Assembly: GCA_025839675.1 (NCBI GenBank)
Contig: CP104013.1
Coordinates: forward strand, 180,001 to 212,000
DNA length: 32,000 bases
Direction of reading: 5' to 3'
DNA from: Candidatus Lokiarchaeum ossiferum
GTDB taxonomy: Archaea; Asgardarchaeota; Lokiarchaeia; Sigyniarchaeales; Promethearchaeaceae
The notes under the pieces were generated by a model. That model did no database searches. It worked only from the letters and a program-made list of their open reading frames with translations, and was not told the DNA's origin. Positions 1 to 8,031 of this stretch are shown in pieces; position 1 is the first letter of the stretch; every line of letters starts with the position of its first letter. Made by a program: the position numbers and the translations under genes.

Positions 1-158
1 AAAGATTAAGGAATGCTTTAGAAATTGCCCCAAAATGTAAATACGTATGAATTTTTAGATTAATACCGTGGAAAATTCTAATATTTGTTTAATACTTCTT
101 TATATTAATGAAAAAAAATAATGGGAAAGAAGGAACTCGAATTCGCATTCCAACCTTG

Positions 159-557
159 TTATCCTGATTTATCTCCTTTTCCTTGCATTTTTAATTCAAT
201 ATGATTAATTCGGTTTTTTTTTGAAATAAGAAAAATTACTGCCCAAATTGAAAATGAACTGAATCCTATAATACTGTAAATATTAAACACTTCAATATTC
301 ATCGTTGGAGTATCATTATCTTCTAAACTACTTTCTATAGGACTAGTCGTTGTATTTGAATTTTCGGTCGTAGTTGTTGTACTTGATGCCGTAGTTGTTG
401 TACTTGATGTCGTAGTTGTTGAAGAGTTAATTTTTCCAACATCAATCGTAGATCTCCTACTTTCTCCTCCGATGTTACTTGCTTTTATATAATAGAAATA
501 ATAATATCCAATAAGGACCTCCCAATCAGAATAAGTAAAGTTATACCTATCAACCAC
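159..557 (-). pseudogene. 3'-terminal fragment of a type-I surface-protein gene (end of an FN3-like sandwich, Thr/Ser-rich stalk, C-terminal TM anchor with basic tail)
   Basis: The translation reads YYFYYIKASNIGGESRRSTIDVGKI, then the stalk SSTTTTSSTTTTASSTTTTT, then the anchor IYSIIGFSSFSIWAVIFLISKKNR. The track start is a GTG. The frame is open only back to 605 and has no ATG, so the signal peptide and ectodomain expected for this architecture (compare 26619..28472) are missing. Confidence 0.35.
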
Positions 558-741
558 TGCAAGAAGGAAGTAAGAATCTTCAAATAATTCGCTTCGACAT
601 CTACATTACATAAAGGGTAAAATATCTTCATAGGGAATATGTAGAAAATGCAATTTTACTTTTTTGTAGATGAATTGACTTGAATTATCTTCGAAATGTA
701 GAAAATAAAAGTAGCTATTGATTTGTATTTATTGATATTGA

Positions 742-990
742 ATGAGTAGGGAAGTAAACCAAAACAAAACAAACCTCTTTTTATTAATAAAAAAGACAAA
801 GCGATCAATACTAGTATCGATCACCATTAGTGTTTTATTAGTGGGAGGATCTCTACTTCTAATGCAGTTAAAGTGGCTTCCAAAAACAGTTGGAGGAATC
901 CTTTTATTTACGGTTCTCTTTTTTTTTGTGAGATCTGTGTGGTTAGATTATTTATATCTACGAAGGTTAATTTTGATTGGATACGTCTAA
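742..990 (+). CDS. small hypothetical membrane protein (two predicted TM helices)
   Basis: ATG-initiated 82-aa ORF with two hydrophobic stretches (ILVSITISVLLVGGSLLLM and VGGILLFTVLFFFV). No recognisable family. Confidence 0.3.
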   Translation: MSREVNQNKTNLFLLIKKTKRSILVSITISVLLVGGSLLLMQLKWLPKTVGGILLFTVLFFFVRSVWLDYLYLRRLILIGYV

Positions 991-1116
991 CAAAATGCCA
1001 AATGTCAGGAGATTGTTAAAAAATGTCCCTTACTACTCCCTTGAGTAGGCGCTCCCATCCATTCGCTCTTTGGATCCGATCTCTGGTTTCTTACCACCTT
1101 TTGGGATAAGATCCAA

Positions 1117-1398
1117 ATGCGCACCTCCAATCTCCCCTCATCTATCAAGCATCTATTTAATGATCGTGCTAATATCCCCCAAATTCACTCGATATATGTG
1201 AAATCATGTCTGGAATTAGCTAGGGACTATGCAAAGGGTCACACTCTCTCCCCGATTCTTCACGAACGTCTTCTACATGAAGGATCCGATCGGGAATATG
1301 ACATTATTGCTGCTGCCCGCCCCACCGACAAATTGATCCTTCCCTTTCTTCAATTACGAAATAAAATTGCGGTGAAAGATCATTCACTCTTGTTATAA
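1117..1398 (+). CDS. hypothetical protein in a patch of visibly higher G+C
   Basis: 93-aa ORF with no motif I recognise. The local composition is less AT-rich than the surroundings, so a structured RNA or foreign fragment cannot be excluded. Confidence 0.25.
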   Translation: MRTSNLPSSIKHLFNDRANIPQIHSIYVKSCLELARDYAKGHTLSPILHERLLHEGSDREYDIIAAARPTDKLILPFLQLRNKIAVKDHSLLL

Positions 1399-1405
1399 AA
1401 GAAAG

Positions 1406-1434
1406 TTAAAAAATCTCCTTCAGGAAAAGAAGGA
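1406..1434 (-). terminator. hairpin plus T6 tract immediately 3' of rps10
   Basis: The minus strand reads TCCTTC-TTTTCCT-GAAGGA (6-bp stem) followed by GATTTTTT, starting 15 nt after the rps10 stop codon. Confidence 0.4.
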
Positions 1435-1448
1435 TCTCGAACCGTGCT

Positions 1449-1754
1449 TTAAATTAATTCAATTTCTACTAAAACTTGTTCAGGGAACATAATTTTCATT
1501 ATCAAAACCATAGAACGTTCATCGGCATTAACATCAATCAAACGCTTATGGATTCTCATCTGATAGTGCTCCCACGTAGTTGTTCCCTCCCCACAAGGAC
1601 TTTTTTGGGTAGGGATGGTAAGTTTTTTGGTGGGAAGGGGGACGGGGCCATACATTTTGACACCGGTTTTGGTGACAACGCGTTTAATTTCACTGATAAC
1701 TTGGTTGAGGGCATCCATATCAACGGAGCTTAATCTGACTCGTGCTTTTTGCAT
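1449..1754 (-). CDS. rps10: 30S ribosomal protein uS10 (archaeal S10)
   Basis: The 101-aa product MQKARVRLSS...GPVPLPTKKL...KSPCGEGTTTWEHYQMRIHKRLID matches archaeal S10 sequences along its full length as I recall them. Confidence 0.95.
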   Translation of the reverse strand: MQKARVRLSSVDMDALNQVISEIKRVVTKTGVKMYGPVPLPTKKLTIPTQKSPCGEGTTTWEHYQMRIHKRLIDVNADERSMVLIMKIMFPEQVLVEIELI

Positions 1755-2208
1755 AATAATTCACTTTAGGTACGGAGTTATATCGTTTGGCTTCGGATCC
1801 GAATTTAGAGAACAATGAGGTATTAGCGCAGAAGGGAAAGGATTCGGATCTGCCCCACCAAACGTACTCACAATAGAAGGCTTAGGTCTATCGTCTGCAA
1901 CAGAGAATTTCATCCATTGCCAAACCACTGAGTTTTGAAATGTAGCATATATAAAAAATTTTTCGATAAAAGGGGGGAAAAAAGAGGGAAATCGGGGAGA
2001 TGGGATTGGAAAAGAGGAGGTGAGAAGGGTCGGGTGAAGTGAAACGGGTGAATTTTTTCGTTATCGATCATTTTGATCGTAATGAGAATGAATTGCCATA
2101 CTTTATACAGAATAATTGTGTTTTGGAAAGTATTGATAATGAATTTGTAATTACTTGACAAAATTTAGAGTTGATTTCCTCAATGAGATATCTGGTTCCT
2201 ATTTTTAA

Positions 2209-2388
2209 CTCAGAGTAATTCGCGTGCGTGATTCTCTGGGAAATGAACACATTGAAAAATATATCATCCAGATACCAGAACCTTCTTCTAATACAGGTCT
2301 AATAATTGGATTAATTGGTGGAGGGTTAGTTTTAATCGGTACAGGAGCAGGTGTTTTTATATTTCTCAAAAAAAAAAAACAAGGTTAA
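2209..2388 (+). pseudogene. orphan 3' fragment of a surface-protein gene (TM anchor plus KKKK tail), no start codon
   Basis: Hand translation of the frame open from 2209 gives LRVIRVRDSLGNEHIEKYIIQIPEPSSNTGLIIGLIGGGLVLIGTGAGVFIFLKKKKQG followed by a stop at 2386-2388. A stop lies at 2206-2208 and there is no ATG in frame. This ORF is not in the supplied track. Confidence 0.3.
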
Positions 2389-2605
2389 TGTTATAGGTTT
2401 GCCCGACTGTGTTAAATTGCAGTGAATATTTTTCTTTTTCTCTCTTTTTATTCTTAATTTGAGTTGTTATTTTCATTTTAGGTGATTTCATTTAATTTTG
2501 GGATTCATTACATACAGTTGCAAGCTTGATTATCGCCTAATTATCATTAGATAAACTTGAGGGGGATGAAAAATATAAAAAGGATGTCAGCATTGAACTT
2601 CAAAT

Positions 2606-2794
2606 ATGCACAAAAGCGAAACTACTCAGAAAAAAAAAGGAAAGGCAAAGGAAAATCAAACGAAGGCGAATAAAAATTCAAAAATGACCTTAGGTGATCA
2701 ATTACTCGAAAAAGAATTTCAAAGGAAAAAGGATGTTGAAGATCTACTGGCGAAACACCAAGAAGATAAAAACAATCCCCAACAAGAAAAATAG
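2606..2794 (+). CDS. hypothetical small Lys/Glu-rich protein
   Basis: 62-aa ATG ORF of low complexity. Support is ORF length only. Confidence 0.2.
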   Translation: MHKSETTQKKKGKAKENQTKANKNSKMTLGDQLLEKEFQRKKDVEDLLAKHQEDKNNPQQEK

Positions 2795-2827
2795 ACTACA
2801 AAATTAATTCCAAACCTTTAGTCTCGC

Positions 2828-4678
2828 TTATAAAGTTGAAAGAACTCGATATACGTTTTGAATGGTATAAGGTTTGGGAATAATAGCAAATATGCCATGT
2901 TTTTGGTAATTCGCCATAAAGGGGTCATCTGAATAACCGCTAGAGATGATAATTTTTACTTTTGGATCGATCTTTAAAAGTTGGGTTGCAACATATTTTC
3001 CGCCTCGTTTTCCTGGGATGATAAGATCCAATATGGCACAATCATAGCGATGATGAGACAACAAACTTTGATCATATTTTTGCAACAAATCCTCATCAAT
3101 CTGGGTAAAATCAGCCGTACATCCAAGCTTATTCAGAATTTTCAATAACACATGTTGAATCATAGACTGATCCTCCAAAATTAAAATGTGTTTTCCTAAC
3201 TCATGGAATGAGAAATTGGTTTTTACATGCGTTTCAGAAACAATTTCTTTAGAAACGGGAAGAATAATGACAAATTTTGCACCTAATGTATATGTATCGT
3301 CATGAAATAGCAATCCTCGGTGCTTTTTAATGATAGAATAGGATGTGGTAAGCCCTAAACCAGTACCATGAGGTTTTGTGGTAAAATACGGGTCAAAAAT
3401 TTTGGATGCATTTTCCTTGTGGATTCCTACCCCAGTATCTTCAATACTTAGGTAAATGTATTGGCCTGGAGGGACCTTAATGGAATTTAAATCATCAAAA
3501 TGGACATTTTTGGCAGTAATTTTTACAACTCCTCCGTCAGACATCGCCTGAACTGCATTTAGCAAAAGATTCTGAAGAACTTGATGAATTTGGGCTTCAT
3601 CCCCATAAATTGGTAATAAATCCGGATCGATGGAAGACTGATATGTGCAATTAGTTCCCTTAAACACTAATTCGGAGGTAAATGAAATTGTGGATGCCAA
3701 ATCAAGAACTTTTTTGATGGGGGCACCTCCTTTGGCGAAGGTGAGAAGCTGATTCGCAAGTTTTTTTGCTTTATTTCCAGCAAGATCCATTTCTTGACAA
3801 AGTTCTTGCAAATCTTCATGTTCTTCGAGTTCCATCGCAAGAAGGGAATTGAGTCCCAAAATAGATGTCAAAATATTATTAAAATCATGGGCGATTCCAC
3901 CTGCCAGTAATCCGATTGTCTCCATTCTTTGAGTGATGCTTTGATCCTGTTCTAAGCTTTTACGTAGAGAAATGTCGGTCACAACTTCTATAATTCCCAC
4001 CATATCTCCATTTGAATCAAAATAAGGGGTAGCATTTTTTATAACGGTTTTATCAATGGATGATTTGGTTTTTAACTTAATTTCTATTCCTTGTATTTTT
4101 TCCCCTGCAAAAATTCTCCGCAAGACACATTTGTTTGTGTGACAGATCATCGTTGGAAAATCAATATAGCATTTTTTTTGTGTAAACTGCTGCACCTCCT
4201 CAGAATCACATCCCATGATGTTTAAAAAAATCGAGTTCACATATCGGACAGAAAAATATCTATCAACAATACGGATTCCTAAAGGCAGAGAATTTAAAAT
4301 TTGATTGATTTGAGTATCCAGATTTGGATTTCTCGGATTTCGTGTTGATTTGATCTTCGGATCAATAATACAGCTGGATCTGATGAAATTATGATTTGTG
4401 TCATAAAGAATTTTACCATTATAGCTTATTTCAATGAAGTTTCCGGATTTCTGCCTCATTTTAAATATAATTCCAGCGATTTTTCCTTCTTTTTGAAACC
4501 TTGGAAAATTTAACTTGAAATTTTCGAGATAATCTTCATGTACTAAATCCCCAAACCATGTTCCGATAATTTCTTCATGATCATATCCAAAAAGTTCTAA
4601 CCATGCATCATTTACTATGATAATATTCCCATTTTTGTCTAAAGATTGGTATGGAACTGGAAGGGTGTTATAATCCAT
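2828..4678 (-). CDS. PAS-domain hybrid sensor histidine kinase (PAS-PAS-HisKA-HATPase_c-REC)
   Basis: H-box GGIAHDFNNILTSILG. ATPase motifs DTGVGI, FDPYFTTK and GTGLGL. C-terminal receiver with ILILEDQ, AILDLIIPGKRGG, IIISSGYS and PKPYT. The N-terminal half is PAS-like (NGNIIIVNDAWLELFGYDHEEIIG). Confidence 0.9.
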   Translation of the reverse strand: MDYNTLPVPYQSLDKNGNIIIVNDAWLELFGYDHEEIIGTWFGDLVHEDYLENFKLNFPRFQKEGKIAGIIFKMRQKSGNFIEISYNGKILYDTNHNFIRSSCIIDPKIKSTRNPRNPNLDTQINQILNSLPLGIRIVDRYFSVRYVNSIFLNIMGCDSEEVQQFTQKKCYIDFPTMICHTNKCVLRRIFAGEKIQGIEIKLKTKSSIDKTVIKNATPYFDSNGDMVGIIEVVTDISLRKSLEQDQSITQRMETIGLLAGGIAHDFNNILTSILGLNSLLAMELEEHEDLQELCQEMDLAGNKAKKLANQLLTFAKGGAPIKKVLDLASTISFTSELVFKGTNCTYQSSIDPDLLPIYGDEAQIHQVLQNLLLNAVQAMSDGGVVKITAKNVHFDDLNSIKVPPGQYIYLSIEDTGVGIHKENASKIFDPYFTTKPHGTGLGLTTSYSIIKKHRGLLFHDDTYTLGAKFVIILPVSKEIVSETHVKTNFSFHELGKHILILEDQSMIQHVLLKILNKLGCTADFTQIDEDLLQKYDQSLLSHHRYDCAILDLIIPGKRGGKYVATQLLKIDPKVKIIISSGYSDDPFMANYQKHGIFAIIPKPYTIQNVYRVLSTL

Positions 4679-4772
4679 TTGTGAATCACATAAAAAAGCT
4701 AATCTATTTACCTAATTTATATGTACCTAAGTACTTAATGAATGAAAATCTTAGGAGAATAGGTTTTTTTTT

Positions 4773-5402
4773 TCATTTCTTCTTCAGTTGCAACATTAGA
4801 AATTTTTTTTCCTTTTTGGTATTGGGAAACATTATATACATCCCACCAATGAAAGGATAACGCCTCAAAGTGGATAGAAATACTTCTTCTTCTAGTTTCG
4901 TTGGATAAAATTCAATAACAATATGTCCGTGATTTTTAAGAATTTTTTGGATACATTGAAATGCTTTTCCAATTTGTTGTTCCATCTGTTTTCGGGTTTT
5001 AGCATGGGCCGCAGCAAAATTAAAAGCCGAGATGGAAATAACATGATCTACTTGATTGGTGCGAAGTGGAATAAATCGCATATCAGCATTAATCAAATGC
5101 AAATTGGGATCTGTGGGGCATTCATCTAACATGTCATGGGAAAAGTCCACACCTATGACTCGAGAGCCTTGAGCAAGAATCGTGTGGCTGGAATAGCCGG
5201 TACCACACCCAATGTCCAAAAAGAGTAATTCGTGTTTTGGATTTGTTATGATACCGCCGATTTGCTCATCTTCCAACATGTTCAAGGCGGTTTCGGTAGT
5301 ATGAATTTGATTTCGCGCCATCCATTGGGATGTTCCATAGGCCTCTGCTTCTAATCCAAAATATTCATCAAGATCGGGGCGATTATTTTTGCGAGGTGAC
5401 AA
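4773..5402 (-). CDS. Bud23/WBSCR22-like class I SAM-dependent methyltransferase (paralog 2)
   Basis: SAM motif I is LDIGCGTGYSS. The family blocks ISISAFNF, IEFYP and GGMYIMFPNTKKEKKFLML are collinear with human WBSCR22 blocks ISISAVQW, LQLYP and [20 protein letters not shown], recalled from memory. Confidence 0.7.
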   Translation of the reverse strand: MSPRKNNRPDLDEYFGLEAEAYGTSQWMARNQIHTTETALNMLEDEQIGGIITNPKHELLFLDIGCGTGYSSHTILAQGSRVIGVDFSHDMLDECPTDPNLHLINADMRFIPLRTNQVDHVISISAFNFAAAHAKTRKQMEQQIGKAFQCIQKILKNHGHIVIEFYPTKLEEEVFLSTLRRYPFIGGMYIMFPNTKKEKKFLMLQLKKK

Positions 5403-5427
5403 TTTGATCTACCATAACTTGGAACAA

Positions 5428-6087
5428 TTAATGTATAGGTTTTTCTAAATAGAGAAAAATCCTACGCTTTTTGGGAATATCGGGATTATCGATGATGAAA
5501 TTGCCGGAGAAATGATCCGTATCGGCAATGATCCCTCCAAATTCTTTCATGGCCTCATCGGATTTAGGATAAAACTGCATGATAATTTTACCCCCAGGTT
5601 TTAGGACAAAATTACAAATCTCTGCAATATTTTTGATATATTGGGTCCTTTTCTTTAATTTTGGTTCTGCCAACACCCATTGAACAGCGGATATGGATAT
5701 GATGAAATCGAACATTTCGGGACGAAATGCAAATTGGCGCATATCTGCGTGGACTGGATTAATTTCGGGAATATCGTAGAAATTGAGAAACATACGATTA
5801 ATATCAATACCCACGGTCTGATAATGTTTCAAACGTAAATATGTCGAGGCAAATCCACACCCCATTCCTAAATCTAAAACTCGTGCAGGAGGTTCGGCTT
5901 CCAAAATCCGCAAGGCTCTTTTGGTGATTCCTTCTTGAATACGCATTAATGCTTTGGAACGCGCATATTCGGTGACTTCTTTCTGGGTATAAAACACCAA
6001 AGGATCACGCGCTTGTTCTTCTGGGCGCTGATGTTTGATAAAGAACTCAAAAGCTTGCTTCTTCCGTTCTTGCTTTTTTTTGGACAT
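5428..6087 (-). CDS. Bud23/WBSCR22-like SAM-dependent methyltransferase (paralog 1, candidate small-subunit rRNA m7G methyltransferase)
   Basis: The blocks PLVFYTQKEVTEYARSKALMRIQEGITKRALRIL, LDLGMGCGFAS, FDFIISISAVQW, MQFYPKSDEA and IIDNPDIPKKRRIFLYL are collinear with eukaryotic Bud23/WBSCR22. Confidence 0.8.
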   Translation of the reverse strand: MSKKKQERKKQAFEFFIKHQRPEEQARDPLVFYTQKEVTEYARSKALMRIQEGITKRALRILEAEPPARVLDLGMGCGFASTYLRLKHYQTVGIDINRMFLNFYDIPEINPVHADMRQFAFRPEMFDFIISISAVQWVLAEPKLKKRTQYIKNIAEICNFVLKPGGKIIMQFYPKSDEAMKEFGGIIADTDHFSGNFIIDNPDIPKKRRIFLYLEKPIH

Positions 6088-6409
6088 ATTTACTCGACTT
6101 GTGAAATTATCTTAATGCAACTCGGTATTTTGAACTAAATAATCGACATAAAGCTCCAATACCCGTTTGTATTTATATGAAAAATCTTTAGTTTTCCTTC
6201 CTTCAAAGATTTTTATTATATGTAAAGAAATGAAAGCTTCCCAATATTCTTTGTGATGTAAGGGGGGAAAGGAAGATCGCAAAATTTGAAGATAAAAATC
6301 TTCTGGATTTAAATCGGCTCACGGTGTTCTTTTATAATAAAATTTTTTATTGATGTCGTATTTTTTGACCATAAGAATATAATATTCATTACATTCAATG
6401 TGAAATTTT

Positions 6410-6763
6410 ATGGCAAAGAAAGGAAAAGCTGTCAAAGAAGAAGTTGTAAAAGCACCTGAAATCGAAGATGAACGTCTCGATAAGACGGAAGTGCTCACCA
6501 AAGTCAAAAAGATGGCAAAAAAATATGGTAAAGTGGCAAACATCGAATTAAAACAAAGAGATCCTTATGTACCTCGTGCATTAGAAAATAAACTCAGACA
6601 AGATATTGTGAAGATGAAAGCCATTACCGCAAATGATTTAGCTGCACGACATGATGTTCGTGTTTCTGCGATGAAAAAACTACTTTTAACCATGGAAGAT
6701 GAAGGATTAATTGAACGAATTGCTTCTTCTTCCCGATTGAAAGTATTTAATCCCGTACAGTAA
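6410..6763 (+). CDS. rps25e: 30S ribosomal protein eS25 (S25e)
   Basis: Lys-rich N-terminus followed by a winged-helix block ITANDLAARHDVRVSAMKKLLLTMEDEGLIERI, as in archaeal and eukaryotic S25e. AT-rich TATA-like AATATAAT lies about 30 nt upstream of the ATG. Confidence 0.8.
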   Translation: MAKKGKAVKEEVVKAPEIEDERLDKTEVLTKVKKMAKKYGKVANIELKQRDPYVPRALENKLRQDIVKMKAITANDLAARHDVRVSAMKKLLLTMEDEGLIERIASSSRLKVFNPVQ

Positions 6764-6849
6764 ACTTTTTTTTTTTCTGACACATCGTTAGATTGTTATT
6801 ATATTTTTCTTCATTCTATTATAAACAATAATCATAGGAATAAAAAACA

Positions 6850-8031
6850 ATGGCAAATTTTTTAGAAGAACTTCAAAGCAAAATTACCATAAAAGAAGGT
6901 ATTGAAGGACATCGGAGCATTTTACGGGAAATTTATCGTGCAGGACATATTTCATTGCAAGACTTGGCTTTTAAAACACTCCTCCCAATTTCGCTTTTAT
7001 CAAAAATTGTCAATTTTCTTATCGAAAAAGAACTGTTGGGGCGTATTCCCGAAGGAATTCTTTATACAGACAAAGGAATGCAATTTGTTGAAGCAGAATT
7101 ACACTTTTATGGAATTGGAATCAGCAATTGTGAAGAATGTGGAGATACTCCAGTATATATTTCACCTCGCTGGGATGATTTACTTGATAAGATGGACTTG
7201 ATTTTAGACTCGCGACCAAAAGTAGATACAACCCTCGATCAAGCTTTTGCAGATGCCGAGACAGATGTACTTCGGGCCCTTTATCTATATCAAAAGGGTG
7301 CCTTGGAAGGAAAATCGCTGTGTTTCTTGGGCGATGATGATTTCACTTCTCTATCCGTGGTAAATTTATATGAAGGTATTATCCCTGAAGACCAAAAGAT
7401 GATTCCAACCGAAATAATGGTTGTGGATATTGATCAGCGGATGTTGTCTGGAATTCAAGCAAATATTCCCAATAAATCAATGAAAATTGGATTTGAACTG
7501 TGGGATTACCGTCATCCTGTCCCAAAAGGACTGATCCACCGATTTGATACCATTATGGTGGATCCCCCCTATTCATTAAGTGGGTTACGTTTAGTGCTTT
7601 CACGCGCAATATCATTATTACGAACAATTCCAGGCGGTGAAATTTATTTGTCTTTTGCTCATCGCGCAGCGGAAGATACACTGGCGATGCATGCATTGTT
7701 TTGTAAACTTGGATTAGCAGTGATCGAAATGATCCCTCGCTTTAATTATTATGAAGGGGCGGGAATTTTAGGAAATACTACTCAAATGATACGATTGGTT
7801 ACAACCAGCAAGAGTTCTCCCTTAATCTCTCCGAAAGAAGAATTTCAAGAGAAAATATACACTGGAGAAATCAAACCCAATATTCGGTATTACTTCTGCA
7901 ATAATTGTGGAAAATTAATTCCGATTGGTGAAACAGAGCAAATAAAGACGGTTGAAGAATTGAAAGCTCAAAAATGTCCTCATTGTAATGCAGATGGTCC
8001 CTTTAATTTAGATCATAAAGAAGATGCCTAA
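6850..8031 (+). CDS. bpsA: BpsA (DUF43)-like aminopropyltransferase with N-terminal wHTH-like domain and C-terminal Cys4 zinc ribbon
   Basis: LCFLGDDDFTSLSV (the GDDD motif of branched-chain polyamine synthase), VVDIDQRML, YRHPVP and FDTIMVDPPYSLSG. The C-terminal tail carries CNNCGK...(25 aa)...CPHCN. Confidence 0.7.
   Translation: MANFLEELQSKITIKEGIEGHRSILREIYRAGHISLQDLAFKTLLPISLLSKIVNFLIEKELLGRIPEGILYTDKGMQFVEAELHFYGIGISNCEECGDTPVYISPRWDDLLDKMDLILDSRPKVDTTLDQAFADAETDVLRALYLYQKGALEGKSLCFLGDDDFTSLSVVNLYEGIIPEDQKMIPTEIMVVDIDQRMLSGIQANIPNKSMKIGFELWDYRHPVPKGLIHRFDTIMVDPPYSLSGLRLVLSRAISLLRTIPGGEIYLSFAHRAAEDTLAMHALFCKLGLAVIEMIPRFNYYEGAGILGNTTQMIRLVTTSKSSPLISPKEEFQEKIYTGEIKPNIRYYFCNNCGKLIPIGETEQIKTVEELKAQKCPHCNADGPFNLDHKEDA

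Noticed and set aside
1421-1443. GGATCTCGAACC resembling the reverse complement of a tRNA T-arm (GGTTCGAGATCC), with a similar stretch at 131-145
   Set aside because: I could not build a 5-bp T stem, an acceptor stem or an anticodon arm around it. It is better explained as part of a 3'-flank hairpin and shared 19-mer.
1476-1818. Plus-strand ORFs 1476..1733 and 1615..1818
   Set aside because: They are antisense to the clearly identified rps10 gene and are shadow frames.
4651-5129. ORFs 4651..4860(+) and 4923..5129(+)
   Set aside because: They overlap the kinase start, the intergenic region and the Bud23-like paralog 2 on the opposite strand, and are shadow frames.
6319-7201. ORFs 6319..6543(-), 6565..6783(-) and 6902..7201(+)
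   Set aside because: The first two are antisense to the eS25 gene. The third is an alternative frame inside the bpsA-like gene. None has a motif.
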